Assembly: GCA_963796455.1 (NCBI GenBank)
Contig: CAWCLO010000004.1
Coordinates: forward strand, 448,001-512,000
Direction of reading: 5' to 3'
DNA length: 64,000 nt
DNA from: Candidatus Sulfomarinibacteraceae bacterium
GTDB taxonomy: Bacteria; Acidobacteriota; Thermoanaerobaculia; Thermoanaerobaculales; Sulfomarinibacteraceae
Every line of letters begins with the position of its first letter. The stretch's first letter is position 1. Both the position numbers and the translations under genes were made by a program. This document shows, one piece after another, positions 51,077 through 61,306 of this stretch. Under the pieces are notes generated by a model, which did not search any database, had not been told where the DNA came from, and saw only the letters and a program-made list of their open reading frames with translations.

Positions 51077-52596
51077 CTATGGAATATCCCCGAATTGGCA
51101 GCGGCACATCTGGATCGCGCGCTTTCTCTTGCCGGTGATCACACCCTTTTTCCTCAGTTCGTTCGGTATTCGGAGACAGCCGCTACAAATTGACCGTGGC
51201 TGCTGGCGGCCGCGGCGATCGCCGCGATGTCGTCGGACATGCTGCATCCGTCGTCAAACAGATATATTCGGAACACCAGTGTCTCGATCCCGTCGATCAC
51301 AATCGTCGGACTGAGATCCGATGTTGGGTTGCAGTCCACGTCGTCGGGTACGCCGTCACCGTCGGTATCCGTAACGAGACCGAAGACGTAGGCCGAACCC
51401 GAGTATTGCCCGACATCGGATTGATAGGGAGCTCCGGCGAAAACCGTGCCACCCGAGGACGCCACCGACCAACCGAATGCGGCGTCGGGATGGCCATCTG
51501 ACGCGACGATCTTGTCGACCTCGCTCCAGACGGTGCCGGTTCGGGTGAAGACATAGGCCGATCCTGTCCGGGAGTCATCCTCCCAGGCTCCGACGACGGC
51601 GGTATCGCCCGTAACCGACACCGAAACTCCGAAATTGTCGCCGCCCAGGCCATCGGAGGCGGCAAGTTTCTGCTCTTCGGACCAGGTGGTACCTGTGCGG
51701 GTGTAGACATAGACGAATCCTGGGCTCGGGGAGAAGTGGGGTGTGCCGATGAAAGCTGTATTCCCGGAAACCGAAACCGAGGAACCAAAGGCGATGTCGC
51801 TTGTGTCGGGTGATCTGAGCTTGGCCTCTTCGGTCCAGGTGGTTCCGCTGCGGGTATAGATGTACGCGGCGCCTGTATAGCTGTAGCCGCTTGTCTCCCA
51901 GCCTTCATAAGGAGCGCCGATGACACAGGTATCTCCAGAAAGACTCAAGAATCTCCCGAAATCATCGCCCAGGAACGCATCCGACGCGGTCAACTTGGCC
52001 TCTTCTGTCCAGGTCGTGCCGCTTCGTGTAAAGACGTATGCGGACCCGGAGTTCTGGCCATCGTCATCGTCGTAGTAGGCGCCGATGACAGCTGTGTTTC
52101 CTGATATCGTCACCGAAGTACCGAAGCGATCGCCGACCGCGGTGTCCGAGGCGATCAGCTTGGCCTCTTCTGTCCAGGTGCTACCACTTCGTGTAAAGAT
52201 GTAGGCCGCTCCGAGGTTGGGGTCGTCAACATATGTTCCGACGATGATAGTGTCGCCCGAGATCCCCACCGAGACCCCGAAATTATCTTCAACCGCCGCG
52301 TCCGATGCGGTCAGTTTCTGTTCTTCGGTCCAGGTGTTTCCGTTCCGAACAAAGACATAGACCGAGCCTGATGCATACCCGTTTTGGTCGTCATAGGCGG
52401 CGCCGACGACGGCGGTGTCGCCGGAGACAGCCACCGAAAAGCCAAAAGAATCACCTGCGGTGATGCCTGTGGAGGTCAGTTTCAAGTCTTCAGTAGCTGC
52501 ACACAGCACACTCGCCGTTGCCACGACGATTGCGGCTGTCAGCCCGATCTTCCGAAGATCTGTAAAGCATCGTGTTCGCCCGATTCCGATGTTCAT
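51077..52596 (-). CDS. Secreted FG-GAP repeat beta-propeller protein with Ca-binding DxDGDG tail; C-terminal indels likely (ORF track stops at 51154)
   Basis: 7 repeats of KL.ASD....D.FG.SV.ISG.T.V.GA...G.AY.F; DTDGDGVPDDVDC; a shifted frame continues ELRKKGVITGK...AIQ...DIP to TAG at 51077. Confidence 0.8.
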
Positions 52597-53109
52597 GATG
52601 TTTCTCTTTCTTTTCGAGTTCGAAGATGAGTAGGTTGTCCCGCGGTGTTCAGAGAAGAATCCTTGATATGGAATGAACAGTTCAGCCGGAAATCCAAGTG
52701 AGATCATGTGTCTAAATTGTGTCTCGGTCGCAAAGTCTGTATTCAAACTATACAGTTCTAACTGTTGATGTAAGGCTCACCGCGGCATTGAAGTCCTGCT
52801 GCGGCAAAACCGATCGGCTGGTTTGAAAGGATCCAGCATCAACGGAGTGACGCATTCGGAGCGGGCGTCACGGGTTTTCGCAGCCTGCGCCCGATTCGTT
52901 TTTCTCCGACGGTTCTGGCGTAGGCCGAGACGATCAGATTGCTGGTCCGAGGATCATCCACGATCCAGAAAGAGGCGGTCAGGCCGCTGCTCTCGGAGAC
53001 CAGGCCGGCGTGATAGAGGACAACCAAAAAGATGAAAATGTACTCAGATTGTCCAAAAAATTCAGTCTTCCCCTGCAAGCCATGATCTCTCCCTCGAAAA
53101 AGTTGTGGT

Positions 53110-53748
53110 TTAGCGTGTGAAGTCGGTTCGTCCCCGGTAGAGAACTGCGGCGACTCCCATGGTGGTGAGCACGACCACGACGATTCCCATTTGTGCTTGA
53201 ATCGTGTGAAAGAAAAACTGGGATGCCGCGAGCACGAGGATCGCTCCCACGAAAACCGCCCACCCTGCCAGAGCCGCCCTCGACCGACGTTGGCGCCGCG
53301 CCGCCGTCGATTCCTGCGCCAGCGGTCCGAGCTGGGCATAGGCGAAGAACTGCAGCGTGAACCCGCTGGCCTGGTAAAGGGAGGTGTGTTCAAAGTTGTT
53401 GGTAATCAGAAAGGCGAGACCGACAATGGGTATCGCCGCGATGGCGCAGAGTCCGAACAAACACGAGGGGAGGAGCACAGTCACCCCAGCGAGTTGACGG
53501 GGGGTAAGGGGTCCGGCCAAAAGTAAACGTGCACGATGTTCGTCGATCCGGTAACCCTGGGCCACAAAGGAAACCACCATCCCGGCGATGGCCGGAAACA
53601 TGGCCAGCAAGAAGACCGGTGGGCCTTCGCCTTCCTCAAAAAACCGAATAAGGACACTCAGCAACAGGGAGACGAACGCGGCGATGCCGAGACCGCCAAG
53701 GAGCCACGGCTTGAAATAGGTGATTTCAGTCTTGAGCGCGTGCAACAT
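53110..53748 (-). CDS. ABC-2 type permease-like membrane protein
   Basis: About 6 TM helices; LL..PL.PRQ motif; follows the ATPase gene. Confidence 0.7.
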   Translation of the reverse strand: MLHALKTEITYFKPWLLGGLGIAAFVSLLLSVLIRFFEEGEGPPVFLLAMFPAIAGMVVSFVAQGYRIDEHRARLLLAGPLTPRQLAGVTVLLPSCLFGLCAIAAIPIVGLAFLITNNFEHTSLYQASGFTLQFFAYAQLGPLAQESTAARRQRRSRAALAGWAVFVGAILVLAASQFFFHTIQAQMGIVVVVLTTMGVAAVLYRGRTDFTR

Positions 53749-54637
53749 GGTGCCCCTCCTTGAGAATCTGTACGGCAATCTCATCGACGCTCATTCGTGA
53801 GACCTCCACCGCCTCCGCGCCGAGCGCGGAGAGCTGTTGGATCGTCGCTTCGGCTTCGCGGGTGATGACCTGATGCTCGGTCCGGACCCTCCGGTGCTCG
53901 ACGATTCCGGCGAGATCGAGCTCGTCCTGCTGCAGCCGGAAGGAGATCCTGCGCCAGCTCTCTGAAAGCTCATCCCGTCCGGTCCGGAGAACGATCGATC
54001 CATCTCGGAGGAATGCAAGCTCGTCCGCCAGCCGGTTGATGTCGGACAGCACGTGGGTGGAGTAGAGCACGGCATGTTCTCCGTCCTCCGTGATCTCCCA
54101 GAGCACGTCCAGGACCTCCGAACGCACAACCGGATCGAGACCGGCGGTGGGCTCGTCCAGCAGCAGCAGCCGGGGGCCGTGGCCGAGGGCGGCCACGATC
54201 GCGAGCTTGGTCTTGTTGCCCCGGGAGAGCTTGCTGACCGATCTGTCGAGCGGAAGCGCGATGCGTTCGGCGAGCCGCACGGCATTGTCCTTCGACCAGT
54301 CCGGAAGCAGGTGGGCCATATAGTCCAAATTGCGTCTGGCGGACCAACGCAAAAAGAACCCGCTCTCTTCACCAACGTAGCCGATGTCGCGGCGGTATTC
54401 GGTGCGATCCGGGTGAACCGGGTCGCCGTAGACCTCCACGGTGCCGGCATCGGGCACGATCAGACCCGCCATACAGTTGAGGGTCGTCGTCTTTCCGGAA
54501 CCGTTGGGGCCCACCAGGGCGAGCACCGTTCCCGGCTTCAGAGTGAGGTCGATCGGACCGAGCTGAAAACCCGGAAAACTCTTGCTCAATCCGGTCAGAC
54601 GGGCGGCGGCGTCGGCCTGCGGCCAACTATCAGTCAT
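53726..54637 (-). CDS. ABC transporter ATP-binding protein (YtrB-like)
   Basis: GPNGSGKTT, LSRG, LLLLDEPTAGLD, STH. Confidence 0.95.
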   Translation of the reverse strand: MTDSWPQADAAARLTGLSKSFPGFQLGPIDLTLKPGTVLALVGPNGSGKTTTLNCMAGLIVPDAGTVEVYGDPVHPDRTEYRRDIGYVGEESGFFLRWSARRNLDYMAHLLPDWSKDNAVRLAERIALPLDRSVSKLSRGNKTKLAIVAALGHGPRLLLLDEPTAGLDPVVRSEVLDVLWEITEDGEHAVLYSTHVLSDINRLADELAFLRDGSIVLRTGRDELSESWRRISFRLQQDELDLAGIVEHRRVRTEHQVITREAEATIQQLSALGAEAVEVSRMSVDEIAVQILKEGHHVARAQD

Positions 54638-55017
54638 TTGCGAGCCCCTTTCCGTAAGAGCCGGTCAAAAATACGCCGCATGTCCTCTACACTCAAACCC
54701 TCGGCGGTGGCGTGGGTTACCAGTTTGGCCAGCGCGTCCGCGAAACGATTTTTTGCCATCGTGTGCTTCTTTCCCTCAGGGATGGGCGCTACCCAGAACC
54801 CCTTGCCTCGTCGGGACTGCACCAGTCCCTCCCGTTCCAGATCCTCGTAGGCCCGCTGCACGGTGATCACGCTGACCCGCTGCCCTTTGGCAAGACCCCG
54901 GATCGACGGCAGCGGGTCACCGCCGGCGAGGTCCTTTGACAAAATCTTTGCCCGCACCTGTCGCGATATCTGCGCGTGGAGTGGCTCGTCGGAGAGTTCA
55001 GACAGGTTGAGAATCAT
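54634..55017 (-). CDS. GntR family regulator, YtrA subfamily
   Basis: PL..QI..QVR.KI...L..GD.LPSIR.LA....VS.ITV.RAY..LE.EG....RRGKG; short C-terminal domain. Confidence 0.92.
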   Translation of the reverse strand: MILNLSELSDEPLHAQISRQVRAKILSKDLAGGDPLPSIRGLAKGQRVSVITVQRAYEDLEREGLVQSRRGKGFWVAPIPEGKKHTMAKNRFADALAKLVTHATAEGLSVEDMRRIFDRLLRKGARK

Positions 55018-56081
55018 GGCGATTCTCCGTCCGCCCTGCGAACGAGCATCGCAGCCGTCCAGTCGTCTTCCGGTGCCCTGGCGGTGTGCCTTTGAACCCG
55101 GTCGAAAAGACCACTCAACCATGAAGAGGGCGTGCTGCCCGATGGCTCCTGGCCGAGCATCGTCTCGAGAGCGCTATAACCCAGAGGTTCTCCAGAGGTG
55201 TCGAGAGCCTCGGGCAAGCCGTCCGACAGCAGTAGGAGACGGTCATTTTCGGCGATCTCGATTGTGCGGTAGGCGTAGGCGACCTCTTCACGAACTCCCA
55301 GTGGAAGCCTCGGGCCGGGTACCGAAAGGGGCTGTGGCAATTGATCGGGACCCATCAGGTAGGGATCCGGTGCGCCGGCGTTGGCGAGTTCGACCAGGCC
55401 CCGGGACGGCCGGTACCGCGCCAGTGCCAGGGCAACGAATTCTCCGCGACCGAGTTCGAGTGCAAGGCGGCGGTTGAGGTGAGTCATCGACTCGGCGACA
55501 CTTCCCTCGGCGGTCACGAAGGGGAGCATGGCCTTCACTGAAGCCATGATCAGACTGGCCGCGAAACCCTTGCCGGCCACGTCGGCCACCACAACATCGA
55601 CACTGCCGTCGGGGTGGCGGAGAATATCGTAGAAATCGCCCGCGACCACCCGGGCCGGCAGACAGCGCGCCGCGATTTCCCAGCCGGGGCCGACCACGTC
55701 GGAAGGGGGCAGCAAACGGCGTTGCACGTCGCGCGCCATTTCGAGTTCGCGCCTGCCGAGCTCTTGCGCCACCAGCTTCTCGAGCTGCAGGCGTTCGACC
55801 AGATCGCGCCGGCGTTCCGGGCGGAGCTCAGCCACTCTGACCTCTTCCGTGGGCAGACCGGTAAGCAGGCCGTCGTCAATCAGAACTTCGTAGGCAGCCT
55901 CGACTGTCGAAGGCGCAATCCGGTGTTGGCGCGCCAGTTGGCGGTGGCCCGGAAGAACTTCACCGGTCGTCATTTCACCGCGGGCGATGCGATTGCGGAG
56001 TTGCCGGACGATCTGTTCGCGAACCGGTTCAGGGTCCCCAAGGGCCAGGTGAAGGAGCAATGAAGATGGTTTACTGTTCAT
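55014..56081 (-). CDS. GntR HTH and SpoIIE/PP2C (RsbU-like) phosphatase fusion
   Basis: N-terminal GntR wHTH; ARDVQRRLLP, AGDFYD, ADVAGKG, SDGLPE and EDDWT motifs. Confidence 0.88.
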   Translation of the reverse strand: MNSKPSSLLLHLALGDPEPVREQIVRQLRNRIARGEMTTGEVLPGHRQLARQHRIAPSTVEAAYEVLIDDGLLTGLPTEEVRVAELRPERRRDLVERLQLEKLVAQELGRRELEMARDVQRRLLPPSDVVGPGWEIAARCLPARVVAGDFYDILRHPDGSVDVVVADVAGKGFAASLIMASVKAMLPFVTAEGSVAESMTHLNRRLALELGRGEFVALALARYRPSRGLVELANAGAPDPYLMGPDQLPQPLSVPGPRLPLGVREEVAYAYRTIEIAENDRLLLLSDGLPEALDTSGEPLGYSALETMLGQEPSGSTPSSWLSGLFDRVQRHTARAPEDDWTAAMLVRRADGESP

Positions 56082-56121
56082 ATACGGTATATACAGTATG
56101 GCTCGAGCCTGATTCTGTCAA
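56072..56121 (-). promoter_or_regulatory. Sigma70-like promoter overlapped by a palindromic YtrA-type operator
   Basis: Minus strand TTGACA-N17-TACTGT; imperfect palindrome TACTGT-ATATAC-C-GTATAT-GA-ACAGTA covers the -10 element and the ATG. Confidence 0.75.
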
Positions 56122-57275
56122 GGCCCGCCGGAAAGTTTTTTTGGCTGACGGGCGATCTGATCCAGGTTTTCGATCAGCGTGTCGATGTCCTGCCGGTTGT
56201 TATAGAACTGAGGTGAGACTCGCAACGTGTTGCCATCCCTGACGTTGACGACAATCTTGCGTTCCATGAGTTGCCGTTTGACTGTCTCTGGATCGGGCAT
56301 GTCAAAACCCAGAATCCCAGCCCGTTCGTGCCACGGTCTCGGGGTGACGACATTGAATCCGCGTTCTTCGACCCGGTCGTAGAGGTAGGTGGTGAGATCT
56401 TTCACCCGCTCCTCGATCTGGTCGAGACCGATGTCGAGAAGAAACTCCAGGCTCCGGTGCATCACCCAGATCCCGAGGTAGTTCGGGTTGCCGAACTCGA
56501 ATCGGCGCCCATCGGTTGCGAGAGTCAGGTTCTCTGCCCATTTGTCATCCGATGCAAAGCTGAAACGGGCGACATAGGCTGGGTCGATCTTCGAGGCAAA
56601 TCCCTCGCGGCAGTAGAGGAAACCGGTACCGGTTGGGCTGAACAGCCCCTTGAAGCCACCTGCCACCACGACGTCCGCCCCGGTTTCGGGAAGCGGTGTG
56701 GAGAGAATGCCGACGGCCTGGATGCCGTCGACGACCAGGACGATTCCACGCTCCCGGCAGGCAGCGGCGAGTGTTGGAATGTCGAAGCGATAGCCGTTGC
56801 CGTAGGCGACCCATGACACGCCGATCGCGCGGGTCCGGTCATCCATCTTGTCGATGAATGACTCCGGCGGAATCCGACCGTCCGATCCGGCAACGACCAC
56901 CACCTCGACGCCGATTTTTTCCAGCCTCCGCCAGGGCAGCACACAGGCGCTGTGCTCGAACTCGGAAATGAGGACCCTGTCACCGGCTTCAAGACCGAGG
57001 CCGTGGGCGACGATGTTGATGCCTTCCGAAGTGTTCTTGATGAAGGAGAGTGTCGAGGGCGCGACGCCGACGAGGCGAGCCAGGGTGTCGCGGGAGCGCT
57101 CGATCTCGTCGATCGAGAAGGACTGTTTTCCGACCCGTTCCCACATGTCCGCCATGTAACCGATCATTGCCTCTTCGGCGCACTTTGGAAGCGGCGCTTT
57201 TGCGGCGGCGTCGAGATAGATCCAGTTGTCCAGAGTCGGAAACTGTTTGCGAATGGCGGCAAAATCTGCAGGCAT
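56118..57275 (-). CDS. Aminotransferase class V PLP-dependent enzyme
   Basis: YLDAAA, NTSEG, VVDGIQAVG, PLP Lys in AGGFKGL, FEFG, LRVSPQFYN. Confidence 0.9.
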   Translation of the reverse strand: MPADFAAIRKQFPTLDNWIYLDAAAKAPLPKCAEEAMIGYMADMWERVGKQSFSIDEIERSRDTLARLVGVAPSTLSFIKNTSEGINIVAHGLGLEAGDRVLISEFEHSACVLPWRRLEKIGVEVVVVAGSDGRIPPESFIDKMDDRTRAIGVSWVAYGNGYRFDIPTLAAACRERGIVLVVDGIQAVGILSTPLPETGADVVVAGGFKGLFSPTGTGFLYCREGFASKIDPAYVARFSFASDDKWAENLTLATDGRRFEFGNPNYLGIWVMHRSLEFLLDIGLDQIEERVKDLTTYLYDRVEERGFNVVTPRPWHERAGILGFDMPDPETVKRQLMERKIVVNVRDGNTLRVSPQFYNNRQDIDTLIENLDQIARQPKKLSGGP

Positions 57276-57421
57276 CGTTCCCCCCGTCCCGGCGGGTCAT
57301 GATGGCATATCCGATGGTGAGGGAGTTGTTCACTTGACGCGATCGGGGATCTCAAGGAAGCTTCAGCTCTCAGCGGAAGCAGTGAAGACCCCTGGGGAGC
57401 AGATTCTTGCGGAGGAGAACC

Positions 57422-58402
57422 ATGTCCACAGACCCCTATCTATTTTTGCCGTACTGGCAGGGGCACGATTCGTTCCTGATCCAGAAGAGCCTGTTGAACG
57501 AAGGCGAGCTCGCCTCTGACGGGCTCCCGTTGCCCCCGGAGGAACTGCTGCTCGGCCACAACCACGTGAATTACATCGAGTGGGGTCAAGAACATGTTGC
57601 AACCATGCGCCGGATCCTCGGCGAATCGGGTCATCGCTTCGAGGAGGGGCAGCGTGTGTTGGACTTCGGGTGTGGCTCCGGCCGGATGATTCGCGGCTTC
57701 ATCGAGGAAGCGAAAGACAGCGAGTTCTGGGGAGTCGATATTCGCTCCGACCATATATTCTGGGCGAAGCACCATCTCAGTCCGCCGTTCCACTTCGCCA
57801 CCACTACTGTTGTTCCTCATCTGCCCTTCGAGGACTGCTATTTCGATCTCATCTATGCCGGCTCGGTCTTCACCCACGTCGACGACCTCGCAGATGCCTG
57901 GTTTCTCGAGATGCGGCGGATACTGCGACCGGGTGGGATGATGTTCTTCACGATTCACGATCAGCACAGTGCAGAATTGACCAGAACCACCTTGCGTGAC
58001 GATTTCGTCGGCAAGATTTTATACTCGCACGAAAATTTTGAGAGTTTTGTCAACAGCGATTTCGCAATGTTCACTGTCTGGCGCTCGGCAGATTCCCAGG
58101 TCTTTTACGACCTCGACTACCTGCGCGGCAAACTGTGGGATGTGTTCGATATTTTGTCGGTTCACGAGGAGGCTTACGGGTATCAGACGGCCGTATTGGT
58201 TCAGAAACCGGATACCGAGCGTCCCGAACGGTCGATGTGGCGACAAGCGGAGCCCGACGAACAAGCAGCTGACCTCGCCACCGAACACCAAAAGGTCCTG
58301 AACAGCCGGACGTATCGATTTGGTCACGCCCTGGCCGCGCCCTACTGGCGGTTGCTCGAGTTCATGCGAAAACTCAAGGGAACAAAAACAGAACCGGAGT
58401 AA
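57422..58402 (+). CDS. Class I SAM-dependent methyltransferase
   Basis: VLDFGCGSGR, FDLIYAGSVFTH, LRPGG. Confidence 0.9.
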   Translation: MSTDPYLFLPYWQGHDSFLIQKSLLNEGELASDGLPLPPEELLLGHNHVNYIEWGQEHVATMRRILGESGHRFEEGQRVLDFGCGSGRMIRGFIEEAKDSEFWGVDIRSDHIFWAKHHLSPPFHFATTTVVPHLPFEDCYFDLIYAGSVFTHVDDLADAWFLEMRRILRPGGMMFFTIHDQHSAELTRTTLRDDFVGKILYSHENFESFVNSDFAMFTVWRSADSQVFYDLDYLRGKLWDVFDILSVHEEAYGYQTAVLVQKPDTERPERSMWRQAEPDEQAADLATEHQKVLNSRTYRFGHALAAPYWRLLEFMRKLKGTKTEPE

Positions 58403-58491
58403 TGGGGCACAGGGTCGGAGTCCGCGTCCGAGCCCGTATCGAAGCGGTAGCGACAGCGAACCGTGGTCGGCGATCGGTCGCCGAGCTGCCC

Positions 58492-59451
58492 TCAGAGACC
58501 GAAGCGTTCCAGCTCCGCAGCGACCCGGAAGCCTCCCTGCCGGATCGTCTGTTGTGCTTCGCCACCGATCTCGAGTGCGGGGTTCGTGTGGTTGAGGTGG
58601 ATGAACCGGATCTTGGCGCGTTCCTCAGCTGGCAATGGTGCAAAGCGCTTCATACTGTGCGCGATGAATGGGTGCGGAAAGCCGGACATGTCGCGTCCCG
58701 GCATCTCCTGCTGGTTGTAGAAGGTGGCGTCGAGGTAGGCCACGTCGACCGTGGCGATGAGATCTTCGATGCGGACGCCCTGATCGTCCAGCTCTTCCCA
58801 GCTGTCGATGTCGGGAATGAAGAGCGCCGATCTATTCGGGCCCTCGATTCGGAATCCCACGACCTCCGAGAACTCCTGTCGATGAGGAACAGAGAGGGGA
58901 GTGACGCGAAGGCGCTCGTTGAGAGCGACAGGCTTGCCGTTCTCGAGCGGTATCAGCTCGATGTTTTGGTACCGGACGAGCTGGCTCCACGGCCCGTTTT
59001 TCTTGAGGTAGTCGAGCATGCGCGGCATCGCGAAGACCGCGACGTTTTTTGCGCCCATGACCTCGTGGCCAAGGTGCATCAGACCGGTGTAGTGGCCCAT
59101 GTGGGCGTGGGTGAGGAGAATACCCGCGAGCCCGGGCTTGCCCGCCACCGGAAACGCCGTGTCGAGCCGGTGGAGTTGCTCGCGGAAATCGGGCGTGGCG
59201 TCGAAAAGCCAACGTTGAGAAGAAACCGGATCGACCAGGGCCAAACAGCTCGCCAGCCGCCCTTTGCTCGGATCGTCCCACGCGGCGTGGTCCTTGGATC
59301 CGGCCTGCGGCACCCCACCATCCTGGGCGATGCCGAGGACCAAGAGCCACGGGTGGTCCGGTTCCGCGTCGGTGTTTTCCCCGGCGGCAGGGACAACGCT
59401 GATCGCGATCGGAGCGAGGCACAGGAGCGAAATCAAGGTGTATTTCCTCAT
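58492..59451 (-). CDS. MBL-fold metallo-hydrolase (PqqB-like), secreted
   Basis: LGIAQDGGVPQ, THAHMGHY, VPHRQE, DATFY, HLNHTN. Confidence 0.88.
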   Translation of the reverse strand: MRKYTLISLLCLAPIAISVVPAAGENTDAEPDHPWLLVLGIAQDGGVPQAGSKDHAAWDDPSKGRLASCLALVDPVSSQRWLFDATPDFREQLHRLDTAFPVAGKPGLAGILLTHAHMGHYTGLMHLGHEVMGAKNVAVFAMPRMLDYLKKNGPWSQLVRYQNIELIPLENGKPVALNERLRVTPLSVPHRQEFSEVVGFRIEGPNRSALFIPDIDSWEELDDQGVRIEDLIATVDVAYLDATFYNQQEMPGRDMSGFPHPFIAHSMKRFAPLPAEERAKIRFIHLNHTNPALEIGGEAQQTIRQGGFRVAAELERFGL

Positions 59452-59718
59452 GTTCGGGAAGGTACCACAGGGTCCCGGCTTTCAGTTCTCAGGCGATCTC
59501 CCTCCGGCCACGAATCAGGTCGTCGACTGGAACCCGTGAGATCGATCAAATTATGATAAATGTATAAATAAAAAACATTCGGGAATGGAAAGGTTGCGAT
59601 GCTTCGAGGCGTATAATGAACCTCGCATGCGGCGATAGCTGCCGGCGACAGGTGGCTGAGCTGACTACGGGAATCAATGTGTGTTGACCAGGTTCGCTGA
59701 ACTCCAGGATGGTCCATC

Positions 59719-60810
59719 GTGAAAATCGCGTGGGTTTCGTTCGAGTTTCGTGAGTACAGCGTTCTCCAGGCGAACGCTCTATCTGACGAACATCAGGTCC
59801 TCCTGATACTGCCGGACAACAATCTCTTCGATTCCGAGCTGCAGGTTCGATCAGAGATCGACCACTTTCGATTCTGGCAGCCACGTCTTCGTCAACCCGT
59901 GCGCCAGCTTCGATCGATATTGGAAATTGTCCGCAGAATCCATGAGTTCCAGCCCGATGTGATCCACTTTCAAGGCGGCCACCTCTGGTTCAATTGCGCC
60001 TTGCCCCTTCTGAGGCGCTATCCACTGGTGATCACCGTGCACGATCCCAGGCGTCACGAAGGGGACACTGAATCGAGAAAAACGCCGCAGTGGATCATGG
60101 ATTTCGGTTATCGTCGAGCCGATCATGTGATTGTTCACGGGAAGAGCCTGGTGGACGTCACACATGAGGCAATCGGAATACCCCGGAACAGGATCCACGT
60201 CATCCCCCATGTCGCTCCGGTGACCTTTCCCCGCATCAAGGACATCGACGAGGACGAATTCGGAGTACTGTTTTTTGGTCGGATCTGGGGATACAAAGGC
60301 CTCGAGTACCTCATCCGCGCGGAACCGCTGATCTCGAGCCGGGTCCCGGACGTGATGATCACCATTGCCGGATCGGGGGAGAAATTCAACAGGTATCGGC
60401 GCATGATGGTTCATCCCGAACGGTTTTTTGTCGACAATGGATGGATCAGCTACGAGCAGCGGGCAGTGTATTTTCAAAAATGCGCGTTCGTGGTTCTGCC
60501 ATACATCTCGGCCACCCAGAGCGGAGTCGTCTCGACAGCGTTCAATTACGGGAAACCTGTGATCGTGACTTCGGTCGGTGCGCTCCCGGACGCGGTGGAA
60601 CATGGTCGAACCGGGCTCATCGTGCCACCGTGCGAAGAACAGGCTCTGGCCGATGCGATCGTCGATCTCCTTCTCGATGCACCGCGGCGTCGCGAGATGG
60701 GTCTCGAGGCGCGCACCAGGCTTCAACGGGAGTGCGCACCGCAGACCATTGCTCAGAGCAACCTCGAAGTCTATGGGCAGGCCATCCGCGACCACCGGGC
60801 GAAACGCTGA
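59719..60810 (+). CDS. Glycosyltransferase family 4
   Basis: FFGRIWGYKG, LPY..ATQSGV, GKPVI.T.VG. Confidence 0.92.
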   Translation: MKIAWVSFEFREYSVLQANALSDEHQVLLILPDNNLFDSELQVRSEIDHFRFWQPRLRQPVRQLRSILEIVRRIHEFQPDVIHFQGGHLWFNCALPLLRRYPLVITVHDPRRHEGDTESRKTPQWIMDFGYRRADHVIVHGKSLVDVTHEAIGIPRNRIHVIPHVAPVTFPRIKDIDEDEFGVLFFGRIWGYKGLEYLIRAEPLISSRVPDVMITIAGSGEKFNRYRRMMVHPERFFVDNGWISYEQRAVYFQKCAFVVLPYISATQSGVVSTAFNYGKPVIVTSVGALPDAVEHGRTGLIVPPCEEQALADAIVDLLLDAPRRREMGLEARTRLQRECAPQTIAQSNLEVYGQAIRDHRAKR

Positions 60811-60850
60811 AACGCCATCACGTCCTGGTGCACGGCACCCGCCCCGCTGA

Positions 60851-60955
60851 TCAGAGCTTGACGATGACGTCGAAGTCACCCCGGAACATTCGCGGACCAT
60901 CGACAGCCATGTCTTTCGAATTCATCAATTTCCTGAATTGAGCGTTTTGTGCCAT
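60851..60955 (-). pseudogene. Possible DUF1428 C-terminal remnant
   Basis: KDMAVDGPRMFRGDFDVIVKL resembles the MPFDGKRM..GGF.VIV end of DUF1428 proteins. Confidence 0.35.
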
Positions 60956-61129
60956 TCGTGCTGGAGAGACTGTCGCTGAAGACGGCCCCTGATGACCGGA
61001 CAATGACGCCGTCCGCCGGTCCCCGTCGCTATCCGAGAGTCCAACCTGGACCGAGTGATCCAGGCAGTAGGACACAACTCTGAAGGTAGGCCAAGGCCCG
61101 CCCTGCCAGGGCGCTCAAAAGTGGTGGGC

Positions 61130-61306
61130 CTATTTTGGTTTTGCTTTCCCTTTGGAGGCCGGAGTCCTGCCGGAATCCCGCAGCGCCCGCCGCAACAAAA
61201 ACTCCACCTGGGCGTTGACGCTGCGCAGGTCGTCCGCCGCCCACCGTCTCAATGCGTCGAGGACCTTGGGGTCCAGGCGCAGGAGAAAGGCTTCTCGTTT
61301 GCTCAC
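61130..61306 (-). CDS. 58-aa Arc/ribbon-helix-helix DNA-binding protein
   Basis: MSKREAFLLRLDPKVLDALRRWAADDLRSVNAQVEFLLRRAL...; GTGA overlap with the SPFH stop; missed by the ORF track. Confidence 0.88.
   Translation of the reverse strand: MSKREAFLLRLDPKVLDALRRWAADDLRSVNAQVEFLLRRALRDSGRTPASKGKAKPK

Noticed and set aside
52800..52900. Possible c-di-GMP-I riboswitch (GGCAAAAC...GAAAG...GACGCA)
   Set aside because: It lacks GACGCAAAG and a convincing P2 stem, and is on the strand opposite the flanking genes.
56118..57275. Selenocysteine lyase or cysteine desulfurase linked to the selenoprotein
   Set aside because: The C-terminal catalytic Cys motif of SufS/IscS is not seen; only the class V family assignment is supportable.
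58412..58484. Third copy of the dispersed repeat
   Set aside because: Only loose CAGCG/hexamer similarity and a small hairpin; it does not align with the 76-nt core.
58492..59451. PQQ biosynthesis cluster
   Set aside because: Only a PqqB-like MBL with a signal peptide; no pqqA/C/D/E nearby.
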